Below are positions 41,385 through 51,079 of a DNA stretch of 64,000 bases, one piece after another. Within the stretch, counting starts at the first letter, position 1. Every line of letters begins with the position of its first letter. The stretch lies in assembly GCA_965263345.1 (NCBI GenBank), contig CBDHHC010000016.1:212861-276860 (forward strand). The letters are read 5' to 3'. The notes beneath the pieces were generated by a model. It made no database searches. It saw nothing but the letters and a program-made list of their open reading frames with translations, and was not told where the DNA came from. The position numbers and the translations under genes were made by a program. Origin of the DNA: Methyloligellaceae bacterium (lineage in GTDB: Bacteria; Pseudomonadota; Alphaproteobacteria; Rhizobiales; CBDHHC01).

Positions 41385-42833
41385 TTACGCTACTTTCATA
41401 TTCAAAATATTTCGCACGAATTTACCAGGCGCAATATATTCTGATAAAGATCTTACCAGCATAAAGCCAAGGGGCGCAGCTATAATCAATAACCCAATAG
41501 CCCTCCCCATTTCCGATACATCATAAATCCTTAACCAAACGTAGGCCCCTACAATTAAAAATATGCCAACTACTATCCAGTGGTCTTGGAAAGGAACATC
41601 TGCACGCACAAACCTCGCATACAACTGCACAAAAATCCTCATAACAAACATTTCACATATCAAAACCGAAAGAACCGCCACCATTCCAAAATAAGGAACG
41701 AACATCAACAGACATATGATGGCAAAAAGAGTAGAAAAAATACGAATGCCAGAATATGTATTTCCCTTATTTTGAGCAAATAAAACAGCCGTTGCTGGTT
41801 TACCTGCCTGTTGGATAAGCAAATAAATAATCAGGAAAGGTACCCAGTCAGCAGCAAAATTAAACTTCCCATTCGTGAGAAGTGAAATAATCTCACCACC
41901 AAAAAAGACAAAAATTAATCCGCAAATACTAAGAGCGATATACACAATATTCCATGCAACACGCAACTTACCAAAATCAGAACTATCATCCTTTGCCTCG
42001 CGCAAAGCATAAGGCCAGATCACCGTTGCCATAGCATTCGTTCCCTGCATCAATAGGCTATAATGCAACCGCGCATGACTATAGTTACCAAGCATAACAC
42101 TCCCGGCTGTATAGGCAATCGTACTACTCTCAACTGTGTTGCGAAGATTATCCAAGAGCGCCGCAAACCAGGCTCCAGGAGTCACAAAAACAATCCTCCG
42201 TATCCATTTCAGATCAGGAAGAGCCCAAAGTGATGGGCCAATAACAACAAGCGTAAGCAGTGTAAAAGCTAAAGTACCAAAACTATTCCCCAAAAATAGT
42301 GACGACCTGCCAAAAGAAAACAGATATAACGCCAGCAACACAGCAGAAAAACTGACTATAGCCTTCAAAAACACACCGGCCGCAATCCAGTTACTGCGTT
42401 TTTGGGCAATCAATATTGGACTTGTCACACCAAGAACTGTCCGTACAGGAATAGCGAAACACAATAACAAAACTTCAATCCCAGTGAAGGTCTTTAAAAG
42501 AGGAACAATCTTAGAAAAAATCTCCCATAAACTCCAAAGAACAAAAGCAGCAATAACACTTATAACCAGGCTCATTGAAACCATAGACGAAAGCAGAACA
42601 CGTTGATCTTTCTCTGACAAATCAGCATATTGCGCATACAAAACATACGCAGCCCCGGTCTCACAAAGCGCAACCATAAGTCCTTCGATGACAATCGCCA
42701 TCCCATAAACCCCATAATCCTCTGGCCCAAGAATTCGAGTTGCCAGGGGAATAAGAGCTAGACCTAAGATACATTGGGAAATATTGGCAGCAAGGTTCGT
42801 ACTGACTTGCCGACTGAAATGGTAGAATGACAC
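41385..42833 (-). CDS. Wzx-like polysaccharide flippase (MOP superfamily)
   Basis: 482 aa, ~12-14 TM, polysaccharide-biosynthesis-protein topology. Confidence 0.6.
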   Translation of the reverse strand: MSFYHFSRQVSTNLAANISQCILGLALIPLATRILGPEDYGVYGMAIVIEGLMVALCETGAAYVLYAQYADLSEKDQRVLLSSMVSMSLVISVIAAFVLWSLWEIFSKIVPLLKTFTGIEVLLLCFAIPVRTVLGVTSPILIAQKRSNWIAAGVFLKAIVSFSAVLLALYLFSFGRSSLFLGNSFGTLAFTLLTLVVIGPSLWALPDLKWIRRIVFVTPGAWFAALLDNLRNTVESSTIAYTAGSVMLGNYSHARLHYSLLMQGTNAMATVIWPYALREAKDDSSDFGKLRVAWNIVYIALSICGLIFVFFGGEIISLLTNGKFNFAADWVPFLIIYLLIQQAGKPATAVLFAQNKGNTYSGIRIFSTLFAIICLLMFVPYFGMVAVLSVLICEMFVMRIFVQLYARFVRADVPFQDHWIVVGIFLIVGAYVWLRIYDVSEMGRAIGLLIIAAPLGFMLVRSLSEYIAPGKFVRNILNMKVA

Positions 42834-42853
42834 AGATTTTAAATTGTTTTGAA

Positions 42854-43669
42854 TTAGTCTGACTTCACACCATTATAAATAAATGACATAGCCTCATTGG
42901 TTCTAACAAACTCACTAAACTGTAATTCGGGGTGCTTCTCCCTGAATTCATTCCAAGCCAGCTGCTCTCCCCTCTCCGGGTCTCCATGGAAGCAATACCA
43001 GTCATCAAAGACAATTACAGTACCAACTTGAAGAAAGTCCACAATCCATTCAAGAACAGGCACCGTAGATTTATAAAGATCACAATCAATATAAATCACA
43101 GCTGCTTTCATTGGCAGTAAATCATCACGAAGCTCAGGCGTGAGACTATCATCATAAAAACCTTTAATGGTTTTTAGCCGATCCTTAGGAATACCATGTT
43201 TAAGAGCACGTTTTATGAATCGTTCTTCCTGAAAAGCCAACTTACCTTTTTGCCAAATTTGCTGTTTATCAATTTCAGTAATTTCAGGTAAACCTTCAAA
43301 GGAATCAAACCCCACATAATGAAAATCAAACAGATATTTAAAATGGCTCCAGGCTTTCCGGATAGTATTCGCCTCGTTACAGCCAAACTCAAAATAATAC
43401 CCTGTAACAGGTCTGTTAATATGCAAAAAACGGGCAATACTCATAAAAACAAAACTGCGTTGGTCTTGTCCGAACTGATAATATTCTCGTCTAATCCATC
43501 GTCCTTTAGCGGTTAATAACCATAAAGGCAATACATCACGAAGCTTCTTTAGACCAGATATAAACGGAGTGGGCAGTGTATTCTTAAGATGTATACGTAA
43601 ACTGTCTGATAATGAATTCATGTGCTTTGTACACTTTTTATTTGATATATTGTTCTTCTGGAGTAACAC
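42854..43669 (-). CDS. TylF/MycF-like O-methyltransferase
   Basis: FDSFEGLP and ...IYIDCDLYKST...IVFDDW motifs. Alternative start ATG 43621 avoids overlap with upstream gene. Confidence 0.55.
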   Translation of the reverse strand: MLLQKNNISNKKCTKHMNSLSDSLRIHLKNTLPTPFISGLKKLRDVLPLWLLTAKGRWIRREYYQFGQDQRSFVFMSIARFLHINRPVTGYYFEFGCNEANTIRKAWSHFKYLFDFHYVGFDSFEGLPEITEIDKQQIWQKGKLAFQEERFIKRALKHGIPKDRLKTIKGFYDDSLTPELRDDLLPMKAAVIYIDCDLYKSTVPVLEWIVDFLQVGTVIVFDDWYCFHGDPERGEQLAWNEFREKHPELQFSEFVRTNEAMSFIYNGVKSD

Positions 43670-44942
43670 CAGAAAATCTATTCAAATTTTCTGAAAGAGT
43701 CTCAGGACAAGTGATAATTTTCTCATGCGAAGAAGTTTGTAAAAGCGCCTCTTCAAGAAAATCAATAAACCGATTACAGGCAGCCCTTGGCAAAAATTCC
43801 CGTTCATAAGTCAAACGAGCAGCTTCTGATATTCTTGCCGTTTCCAAGGCATTCTCAAAAGCAAAGCGCATATGAAAAGTAAACTCTTCAGCGGATGAGG
43901 CAAGATAACAATTTTCCCCTGAGACTAGTTCTGGATTACCTAATGCTGTATTGTCATGTGCTATAACAACACTCTCCATTGATAAAGCTGTAACTATCCG
44001 GCTTCGATTACCAACAGGAACTGAGATAGGCGCCAGAACTGCATGGCATTGATCCACCAAGGCCGTAAGATCATCCACAAACCCGAGAAATTTAAACTCT
44101 GGACGGGATTCTAGGTCACTTTTGACCCATTCCGGTAACTCTCTGGCTCCGGCAATGTAAATATCAAATCCACCATCACCCCATACGTTCAATAGTTTTG
44201 GATAAACTTTTTTCAATAAAAAATGGAATGCAGAACGTGACCCGAGCGCAGCGAGGGTACCAAACATAGCAAAACTAGGGCGTTCAAACTTCTTTTTACC
44301 AACCTCTCGTTTGATATCCGGCCAAGGATAAGACATATAAACCGACTTGGCACCCAACATATGAACTGAAGCCTCAGATGACTTTGAAGACACAATAACC
44401 TGTGATTGCCCATCAAGAACATCTTTATAATATCGCTTCCAGATCAACTGAGATAACAACGCACGTGGAACAGCTTGAACTTTACTTTTGTCAGCCGCCA
44501 TATCATAGAGGGCATGATAATAACATGTCTGATAAGTAAGATCCCCTAGCCAAATAACAAGAGACTCAAACCCCAACGCTTGAGCAACACCAGCTGCATT
44601 AATATCAAAACAAACAACCACATCTGGTTCAAAATTTCTCGCCTGTTCAATAATTTTTATATCAGGCAATTCTGGAACTATTTTTAATGACCGATATGAT
44701 GTGAAATGTGTTTTTGCGACAGTTTGATAAAGCACACGAAAACGCTCATCAGCACAAATAGCCCGGGCATAACACTCTATCTCTTCATCAGGATTTTCTC
44801 GAGGCGTATCAATGATAACATGAAGAACAGAATAACCAGCAGCCTTGATGGCATGAATATACCAATAAAAGAGTACACAACTCGCACCACGACTAGGATG
44901 CGGAATACCATGTGAAATAATTAAAATCTTTTGATGTTGCAT
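43638..44942 (-). CDS. Glycosyltransferase (GT-B, family-1-like)
   Basis: Start trimmed to ATG 44942 (MQHQKILIIS...), 5 nt after upstream stop. C-terminal region typical of GT1. Confidence 0.5.
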   Translation of the reverse strand: MQHQKILIISHGIPHPSRGASCVLFYWYIHAIKAAGYSVLHVIIDTPRENPDEEIECYARAICADERFRVLYQTVAKTHFTSYRSLKIVPELPDIKIIEQARNFEPDVVVCFDINAAGVAQALGFESLVIWLGDLTYQTCYYHALYDMAADKSKVQAVPRALLSQLIWKRYYKDVLDGQSQVIVSSKSSEASVHMLGAKSVYMSYPWPDIKREVGKKKFERPSFAMFGTLAALGSRSAFHFLLKKVYPKLLNVWGDGGFDIYIAGARELPEWVKSDLESRPEFKFLGFVDDLTALVDQCHAVLAPISVPVGNRSRIVTALSMESVVIAHDNTALGNPELVSGENCYLASSAEEFTFHMRFAFENALETARISEAARLTYEREFLPRAACNRFIDFLEEALLQTSSHEKIITCPETLSENLNRFSGVTPEEQYIK

Positions 44943-44946
44943 AATG

Positions 44947-45996
44947 CTAGATTGAAACGGCATGACCTGTGGCAATGGAATTCTTGAGAGCGGACATGAC
45001 TCTATGAACACGAATTGCGTCCCCAAAACCTGGTAAGTCCTCATCACTCCCTTGAATATTGCGTACAAACCCGGATGATATTCGTCCTATTGCCATCAAA
45101 CGTGTATCAGTTTCAGTTTTATCAGCAGGAGATTCTGGTTTAGGAATAACAATTTCTCTTCGCTCATTACCAGAAAAAGTTAAAGACTGTTCATTGAGTG
45201 TAAAAGGAAATTTATGACGATACGTTAAAATCCCTTTACGTCCGATCACTTCAATCTTCATCCCAGTGCCACCTGTTTGACAATTCGTTATTCTACAGGA
45301 AAAAGGGACACCGTTAGAAAGGTTCATTTGAGTAACAAGAAAATCCTCAGAAGTAACTTCTTGTGCCTCACCTTGAGCATCGGGTCTGTGTTTAAACATG
45401 ATAGAAGACGAGCCATAAATACGATTAATTTCTTGCCCTGTAAGCCACCAGATTAGATCCGCCACATGACTGAAAAAGGCCCCAATCACACCGCCTCCAG
45501 CCTGCTCATCATTCCGCCAGCTCCAGGGCAGATCTTTCTTTGCTCGTCCAGATGTCAACCAGGAAAAATCAATGGCATGAATATCACCAGTAATCTCCTG
45601 CTCAAGATGCTGTTTCATTATCTGGATACCAGGTTCAAAACGAAACTGAAAATTAACAGCAGCTTTACAACCATTCTCTTTTGCTTCATCCTGCATGACT
45701 TGAGCCTCACGCAGATTAAGCCCAAAGGGCTTCTCACAAAAGACATGCTTACCATGCCTTAAAACTTCAAGAACAATATCTTTCTGTTCCGCGGGAGGGA
45801 CTGCAACGGTGACCGCATCCGCATGTTTTAAGGCCTCTCGCCAGGAAGGAAGGTACCTAACATTTTCAGGAAGTTTAACCTTTCCACGTCCAGATCCAGA
45901 ATCTGCCGCAAAAAGCGCTTCAACTTCTGGAATCTCTGCAAGCACAGGCAAATGTGCTTGCACCCCAAATCCAGCTCCGATAACTGCAATTTTCAT
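44947..45996 (-). CDS. Gfo/Idh/MocA-family NAD(P)-dependent oxidoreductase
   Basis: MKIAVIGAGFG Rossmann start, EKP motif (VFCEKPFG). Confidence 0.85.
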   Translation of the reverse strand: MKIAVIGAGFGVQAHLPVLAEIPEVEALFAADSGSGRGKVKLPENVRYLPSWREALKHADAVTVAVPPAEQKDIVLEVLRHGKHVFCEKPFGLNLREAQVMQDEAKENGCKAAVNFQFRFEPGIQIMKQHLEQEITGDIHAIDFSWLTSGRAKKDLPWSWRNDEQAGGGVIGAFFSHVADLIWWLTGQEINRIYGSSSIMFKHRPDAQGEAQEVTSEDFLVTQMNLSNGVPFSCRITNCQTGGTGMKIEVIGRKGILTYRHKFPFTLNEQSLTFSGNERREIVIPKPESPADKTETDTRLMAIGRISSGFVRNIQGSDEDLPGFGDAIRVHRVMSALKNSIATGHAVSI

Positions 45997-46002
45997 AGAG
46001 TA

Positions 46003-47262
46003 TTAATCAAGCACACAAAGATCTGGTAACGGAATAACAATCTTTGAGGTCAAACCTTTGTCTCTCAGTTTTTTAACAATGGGCTCCCAATAATGCCATG
46101 AAAGCATCACAGCATATTCTGGTTGCTCCTCAAGCATAGCTTTTTCATCTATAACAGGAATATGTGCCCCAGGAAGAAACATACCAAGTTTTAGTGAAGT
46201 TGATTGCTCAGCAATATACTCCATACTTTCAGGATCGATCCTGCAATAATTAACAAGTGTTGCGGAACGACCTGGGCAACCAACACCCACAACTCGGTGC
46301 CCAGCCACTTTGGCATCAATCAACAACTTTTGCAGACGAACCTTCGATGTTCTCACACGGTTTGCAAAATGAGTATAAATATCTTGTGTATCAAGACCAA
46401 GCTGTTCTTCTTCAGCAAGTAATTTACCGACAGACTCATTAACGGGGTGATTTTTCCCTTTCATCGCATAAACACGAATTGACCCCCCATAATTCGATAT
46501 CCTGTCAATATCAACAACAGTAAAATCATAATAACTAAAGAGCTTGATGATAGATTGCACGGAATAATATTTTAAATGTTCATGATAGATAGAATCATAC
46601 TGAACCGTTTCCAACAAATCGACCAGATAGTGAGATTCTGTAACGAACAGCCCACCATCTTCTAGTAGACTCTCAACACCTCGGATCAAACTCCCAAGTT
46701 TGGAAACATGCGCAAACATATTTGCTGCGGTCACAATACGTGCCGCTCCATGCTCCGACTTAATGTCTTGTGCTAAATCCTCTGTGAAAAATTCCTGAAT
46801 AGTTCTGATACCATTCTCATTAGCAATTAAAGATATATTGGTTGGCTCGACACCAAGCACATCCATCCCGGCATCTTTGAAACCACTCAACAAGGTTCCG
46901 TCATTTGACCCAATATCAATTGCCAAGCCATCTTTAACATCAAAACGCTCCATAATCGTCGGACCTGTTGAGCGAAGGTTATTCACCAACGTAGATGTAA
47001 TACCGCTTCGATAAGGATAATCAGGGTAAAATAACTCCTCTGCCGGCACAGCATAATCAATCTGCACAAGATTACATCCTGAACAGCGAACGAGGTTCAA
47101 TGGATAAGTCCGCTCAGTCTCTTTCAGCTGATCTGGACGTAAAAGAGAATCGCAGGGTGCATGGTGCCCAAGACTGATGATAGGAAACAGATCCTTAGAA
47201 CCACAAATCTGACAGGTTTTAATGGACCCATCATGAAGATCATGATTTGGAATGATAGCCAT
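46003..47262 (-). CDS. Sugar C-methyltransferase (Zn-binding N-domain + SAM MT + C-methyltransferase C-domain; TylCIII/Coq-like family)
   Basis: Start trimmed to ATG 47262. CQICGS...CSGCNLVQ zinc ribbon, IDIGSNDGTLL motif I, C-terminal C-MT domain. Confidence 0.6.
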   Translation of the reverse strand: MAIIPNHDLHDGSIKTCQICGSKDLFPIISLGHHAPCDSLLRPDQLKETERTYPLNLVRCSGCNLVQIDYAVPAEELFYPDYPYRSGITSTLVNNLRSTGPTIMERFDVKDGLAIDIGSNDGTLLSGFKDAGMDVLGVEPTNISLIANENGIRTIQEFFTEDLAQDIKSEHGAARIVTAANMFAHVSKLGSLIRGVESLLEDGGLFVTESHYLVDLLETVQYDSIYHEHLKYYSVQSIIKLFSYYDFTVVDIDRISNYGGSIRVYAMKGKNHPVNESVGKLLAEEEQLGLDTQDIYTHFANRVRTSKVRLQKLLIDAKVAGHRVVGVGCPGRSATLVNYCRIDPESMEYIAEQSTSLKLGMFLPGAHIPVIDEKAMLEEQPEYAVMLSWHYWEPIVKKLRDKGLTSKIVIPLPDLCVLD

Positions 47263-47532
47263 TATTATATTATCTGATTGATGTTTTTTAAAAAGTAATA
47301 ATGCAAAAGATGCATATGATATATGATGCCAGAAAGCCTTAAAGCTACCGCAGTGCGGGTGAATAAACCGTTCAACCGACACCAAAATTCATCCTCGGTA
47401 ACTAGCACCACAAAAAGATAAATGCAAGTATATATAAAGTTTTAAGTGAGTATCTTGTGGACGAATATTTGCTTATAAAATTAAAAAAGCAAAAATAAAT
47501 AACATGAGAGAACAAATGTCGAATTTTAATTC

Positions 47533-49389
47533 TTAAATATAATTATGGCTATACTTTTTAAGAGCTTTATGATGAAGAAACCATTTTATTAACACATAAA
47601 CCCGAAAAGCCTCATTTATCCCTGAAGGGCTGATCATATGATGATGGTTGGCTATATTTTTAAGCTCATGAGGCTCAAATAAACCGCTTTCCAGTGCTTC
47701 AGGTGAATTTAAAAAGTCATATACCTTACGCCCATAGACGCCAGGGAGATATGTGATCGCAGGATTTGGAGACCAACGTTTGGGGGTGTCAATCAGATGA
47801 TCTGCAACATATCGCTTTGCTACCGATTTAAGAATGAATTTTGTATATCCTCCTCTAATTCTTAAATCATCAGGAAGCTGTAACGCCGCTCTCAAAATAC
47901 TTTGCATGACAAAAGGCGCTCGTATCTCTACCCCTTCATGAGCTGTTAAGCCCTCTATACGACCAAAATTTGCCCCCGGCTGCACACTCATCAGATGAAC
48001 ATATAACGCGCTCTGTAAATAAGACTGGCTATTATCAAAAGCCTTTTCAAACAGTCTTTTCACAGCCTGGTAAGTTATATCTCTCTCATCTTGCGGACTA
48101 TCACAATAGATACTGTTTATATATGTATTAATACATTCTTTCTGGTTTAATGCCTCAGAAGTCTTGGCAAAAAATGGATATCCGGCAAAAACTTCATCAG
48201 CCCCTTCACCTCCAAGCACAACTTTCAAACCATGTGTTTTTGCTGTTTTGGCAATAATTCTACGCGCCAAGATATCATGCATTGGATAAGGCTCAGGCAT
48301 ATGAATAATAGCATCATCAAGCTGTACCAAATGTTCTTCATGACTAATAATAATTTTGGTATGTTCTGTTTTAAACTGTTTTGCAATACTATCAGAATAG
48401 TGAAACTCATTTGTTTCAACTCTCCCCATCTTTCCAATATCACCAGGCAAACTCGCAATATCCTCACAGGTTAACCCTTCATACCCATATGAAAATGTTG
48501 GAATACTTCTTAAGCCTCGTTGATACATTCCACTCAACAAAACAGTACTGTCCACTCCACCAGATAAAAATAATCCGACATTTGAAACATCGCCACATAA
48601 ACAAGCCTCTATCGCATCAAATAATGTCTCTTCTATAATATCAATGGATTGGCTATCATGAAAATTTGTGGTCACATTATTAAACTCTGGTTCCCAATAG
48701 CATTCCTGCGAAATACCGCCAGAGCAATCAATCATCATGTAATGGGCATGAGGAAGTTTTTTAATATCACGAAATAAAGTACTATCACCATAAGAAAACG
48801 CGCCAGTCATATTATAATGATATAGAGTTGTTTCATTAAGCGATGTGTCAGTAGCACCAAGGGGATAAAGAGCTTGAGGAAGAGAAGCAAAGAAAAAAGT
48901 TTGATCTATCTGACTATAAAATAATGGCTTTTCACCAAGGCGATCTCTGGCGAGCAAAATCGTTTTTCTTTTTTTATCATAAACCCCAAACGCAAACATA
49001 CCGTCCAGTTTATTCAAAAATACATTAGGATCATCTCTACCCCATATATCGTACGCCTTGATTAAAACTTCCGTGTCACTTTGTGTTCGAAATTCATATC
49101 CATACCCTAAAAGTTGATTTTTAAGAGATTTATAATTATAGAGCGCACCACTATAAGTAATGACAAGCCCCAACATTTCGTCAGCCATCGGCTGATCAGA
49201 CTGAGAACTACTATCATAAATCCGTAGAATACGATGTCCAAGAAAAACATTCTGCTCTGTATAAATCCCACTCCCATCCGGCCCTCTTGGAAAAAGAGTA
49301 TCAACAGCATGCTCGAAGGCTTTTTGATGAGAAAGAGAACTGGCAATATCCTGTCCAGCTAAATCAATACACCCAACAATCCCACACAT
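47533..49389 (-). CDS. Asparagine-synthase-like glutamine amidotransferase (AsnB/PseA/WbpS-type)
   Basis: Start trimmed to MCGIVG (Ntn Cys2). SGGVDS PP-loop. 619 aa. Confidence 0.85.
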   Translation of the reverse strand: MCGIVGCIDLAGQDIASSLSHQKAFEHAVDTLFPRGPDGSGIYTEQNVFLGHRILRIYDSSSQSDQPMADEMLGLVITYSGALYNYKSLKNQLLGYGYEFRTQSDTEVLIKAYDIWGRDDPNVFLNKLDGMFAFGVYDKKRKTILLARDRLGEKPLFYSQIDQTFFFASLPQALYPLGATDTSLNETTLYHYNMTGAFSYGDSTLFRDIKKLPHAHYMMIDCSGGISQECYWEPEFNNVTTNFHDSQSIDIIEETLFDAIEACLCGDVSNVGLFLSGGVDSTVLLSGMYQRGLRSIPTFSYGYEGLTCEDIASLPGDIGKMGRVETNEFHYSDSIAKQFKTEHTKIIISHEEHLVQLDDAIIHMPEPYPMHDILARRIIAKTAKTHGLKVVLGGEGADEVFAGYPFFAKTSEALNQKECINTYINSIYCDSPQDERDITYQAVKRLFEKAFDNSQSYLQSALYVHLMSVQPGANFGRIEGLTAHEGVEIRAPFVMQSILRAALQLPDDLRIRGGYTKFILKSVAKRYVADHLIDTPKRWSPNPAITYLPGVYGRKVYDFLNSPEALESGLFEPHELKNIANHHHMISPSGINEAFRVYVLIKWFLHHKALKKYSHNYI

Positions 49390-49589
49390 AAACAACAGCC
49401 CCAATTCGCTCGAAATAGCTAATGAGATCTTAAATTTTAGCTCATTCTATGTCTTTAGGGAAAAGTTGGGCATTTCACACGAAAAAAACCAGATAAAACG
49501 TGAGTTTTTTACTTCAAGAAAAGATGTTAATTTGATAACATGTAACTGTTTTAAATTTAATAAACTCAATGATTATTTGAAAAAAAACA

Positions 49590-50150
49590 ATGTTAAAATT
49601 ATTCATATTATCCTTAGGATTTGCAAGCACACTTTTCTTTAACGCACCAAGCTTTGCTGTGGGTTTAACAACACCTGATCAAGAAGTAACTGTTGAAATT
49701 TCTGGTTGGATTAAAAGAACTTGTGGTTTAAAAAACCTTCCTACAAAAATTGAACTTGGGAATTTAGAAACCAAGAAAAATCAACGTATTGAATTTACAG
49801 TTAATTGCAATGCTCCATTTTCTTATGGAATTTCTTCAAATGAAGGGGGGCTAAAATATGTCAATGAAAGTAAAGCCTCGAATTTAAAAACGACCACAAT
49901 GATTCCATATCATCTGGATGTTACGATCCCTATGGATAGGGGGATAATTAAAAATTCTTGCGCAAGCAAAACACTTCCTAAAGCTATTGGTGAGCCAGCC
50001 CAGTGCAAGTTTTCAGATTCAGGCCAAGATGTTTCTATAGACAAAACGGCTACAATGGATATTTCCTGGAATTTAAAGCAACTTAAGAATGGTCCCGCCT
50101 CTGGGATATATAAAGATCGCTTAACAATTTGGGTTGGTTTAAAACCTTAA
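49590..50150 (+). CDS. SCPU-domain (Csu-type) fimbrial subunit-like secreted protein
   Basis: Signal peptide, Cys pair, C-terminal GIYKDRLTIWVGL resembling spore-coat-U/Csu pilin terminal strand. Confidence 0.5.
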   Translation: MLKLFILSLGFASTLFFNAPSFAVGLTTPDQEVTVEISGWIKRTCGLKNLPTKIELGNLETKKNQRIEFTVNCNAPFSYGISSNEGGLKYVNESKASNLKTTTMIPYHLDVTIPMDRGIIKNSCASKTLPKAIGEPAQCKFSDSGQDVSIDKTATMDISWNLKQLKNGPASGIYKDRLTIWVGLKP

Positions 50151-50167
50151 AATTTTCATTATGATAT

Positions 50168-51079
50168 TCATGGTATGACAGGCGTAATTTTTATTTTAAC
50201 AATATCTTTATAAAAGCCAGCACGCTTATTTTTTGTTGAACCAATTGTTATACTCAATTTATGTCTTGTATTCCCATCTAATGAAATCGCATCCTTCTTT
50301 GTTAAGGCAATTCCGTTTTTTGAAAATTGTATAAGCTCCCCATCAAGGAACGCTTTATAATTAACATAATATGTCTCATTTGTGAGATTGGATGTTCTTT
50401 TCAAGCGCCCATTGTTCTGGGAGTTTAAGAGTAATTTATAGTTTTGATTTGATCGAGTTTGTATAAAAATAGATTTATTGTCTCCTTCTTTTAATTCCTC
50501 AAATTGCAGAGTTCCATAACGATTCCCTCCTGCTATGTTTACGCTCAGCTTTGGAAATATTTGGCTTGAAATGATGATTTCTTTTTCCTCAAAAGGCGCG
50601 CCGACAATATTGCGTTTATCATCTGTTCTAAAAACTCGAATAAGAAGTTTGTCATCATATGTCCCAACAGGTAATGAGATGCCTCTCGGAATTCTAATCA
50701 AATAGCTGACATCTTTTGATGTTCCTGGCAAAAAATTCTCATTTAGAATATTTAAGGCTTCATTTTGTACAGCCCGATCCAACTGACCTAACTTAACCAA
50801 TTGGGTTCCATTTTCATCCAAAATTTCATATGGAAGTTTTTTCCCTAATTTAAGTACTAATGATGAACTGGAGAAAGAAAGGGCCAACTTACATTCGGTC
50901 TTCCCTACATTCTTGAGTTTTAATCTCAAAGGAGCAACAAAATCAACAGCTGAGAAAGAATCATAAGTTCCTATATTATTGTTTACAGACGCAGTGATTT
51001 TTCCCTGACATGCTTGGACTGGCATTGAGAGCAACATGAATAAAAAAGACATCATTAAAAGTATTGAGGAATGACTCAC
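50168..51079 (-). CDS. SCPU-domain fimbrial tip/adhesin-like subunit (CsuE-like position)
   Basis: Signal peptide. Last gene after usher (ATGA overlap). C-terminal GFYKDIVKIKITP. Confidence 0.5.
   Translation of the reverse strand: MSHSSILLMMSFLFMLLSMPVQACQGKITASVNNNIGTYDSFSAVDFVAPLRLKLKNVGKTECKLALSFSSSSLVLKLGKKLPYEILDENGTQLVKLGQLDRAVQNEALNILNENFLPGTSKDVSYLIRIPRGISLPVGTYDDKLLIRVFRTDDKRNIVGAPFEEKEIIISSQIFPKLSVNIAGGNRYGTLQFEELKEGDNKSIFIQTRSNQNYKLLLNSQNNGRLKRTSNLTNETYYVNYKAFLDGELIQFSKNGIALTKKDAISLDGNTRHKLSITIGSTKNKRAGFYKDIVKIKITPVIP

Noticed and set aside
43638-45068. Long form (476 aa) of the glycosyltransferase ORF
   Set aside because: The first 42 codons overlap the upstream oxidoreductase gene by 120 nt. 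The ATG at 44942 gives a 5-nt intergenic spacing and a sensible N-terminus, so the shorter start is preferred. The same logic applies to the GntR (3376), AsnB (49389), C-methyltransferase (47262), phasin (60936) and APH-fusion (62659) starts.
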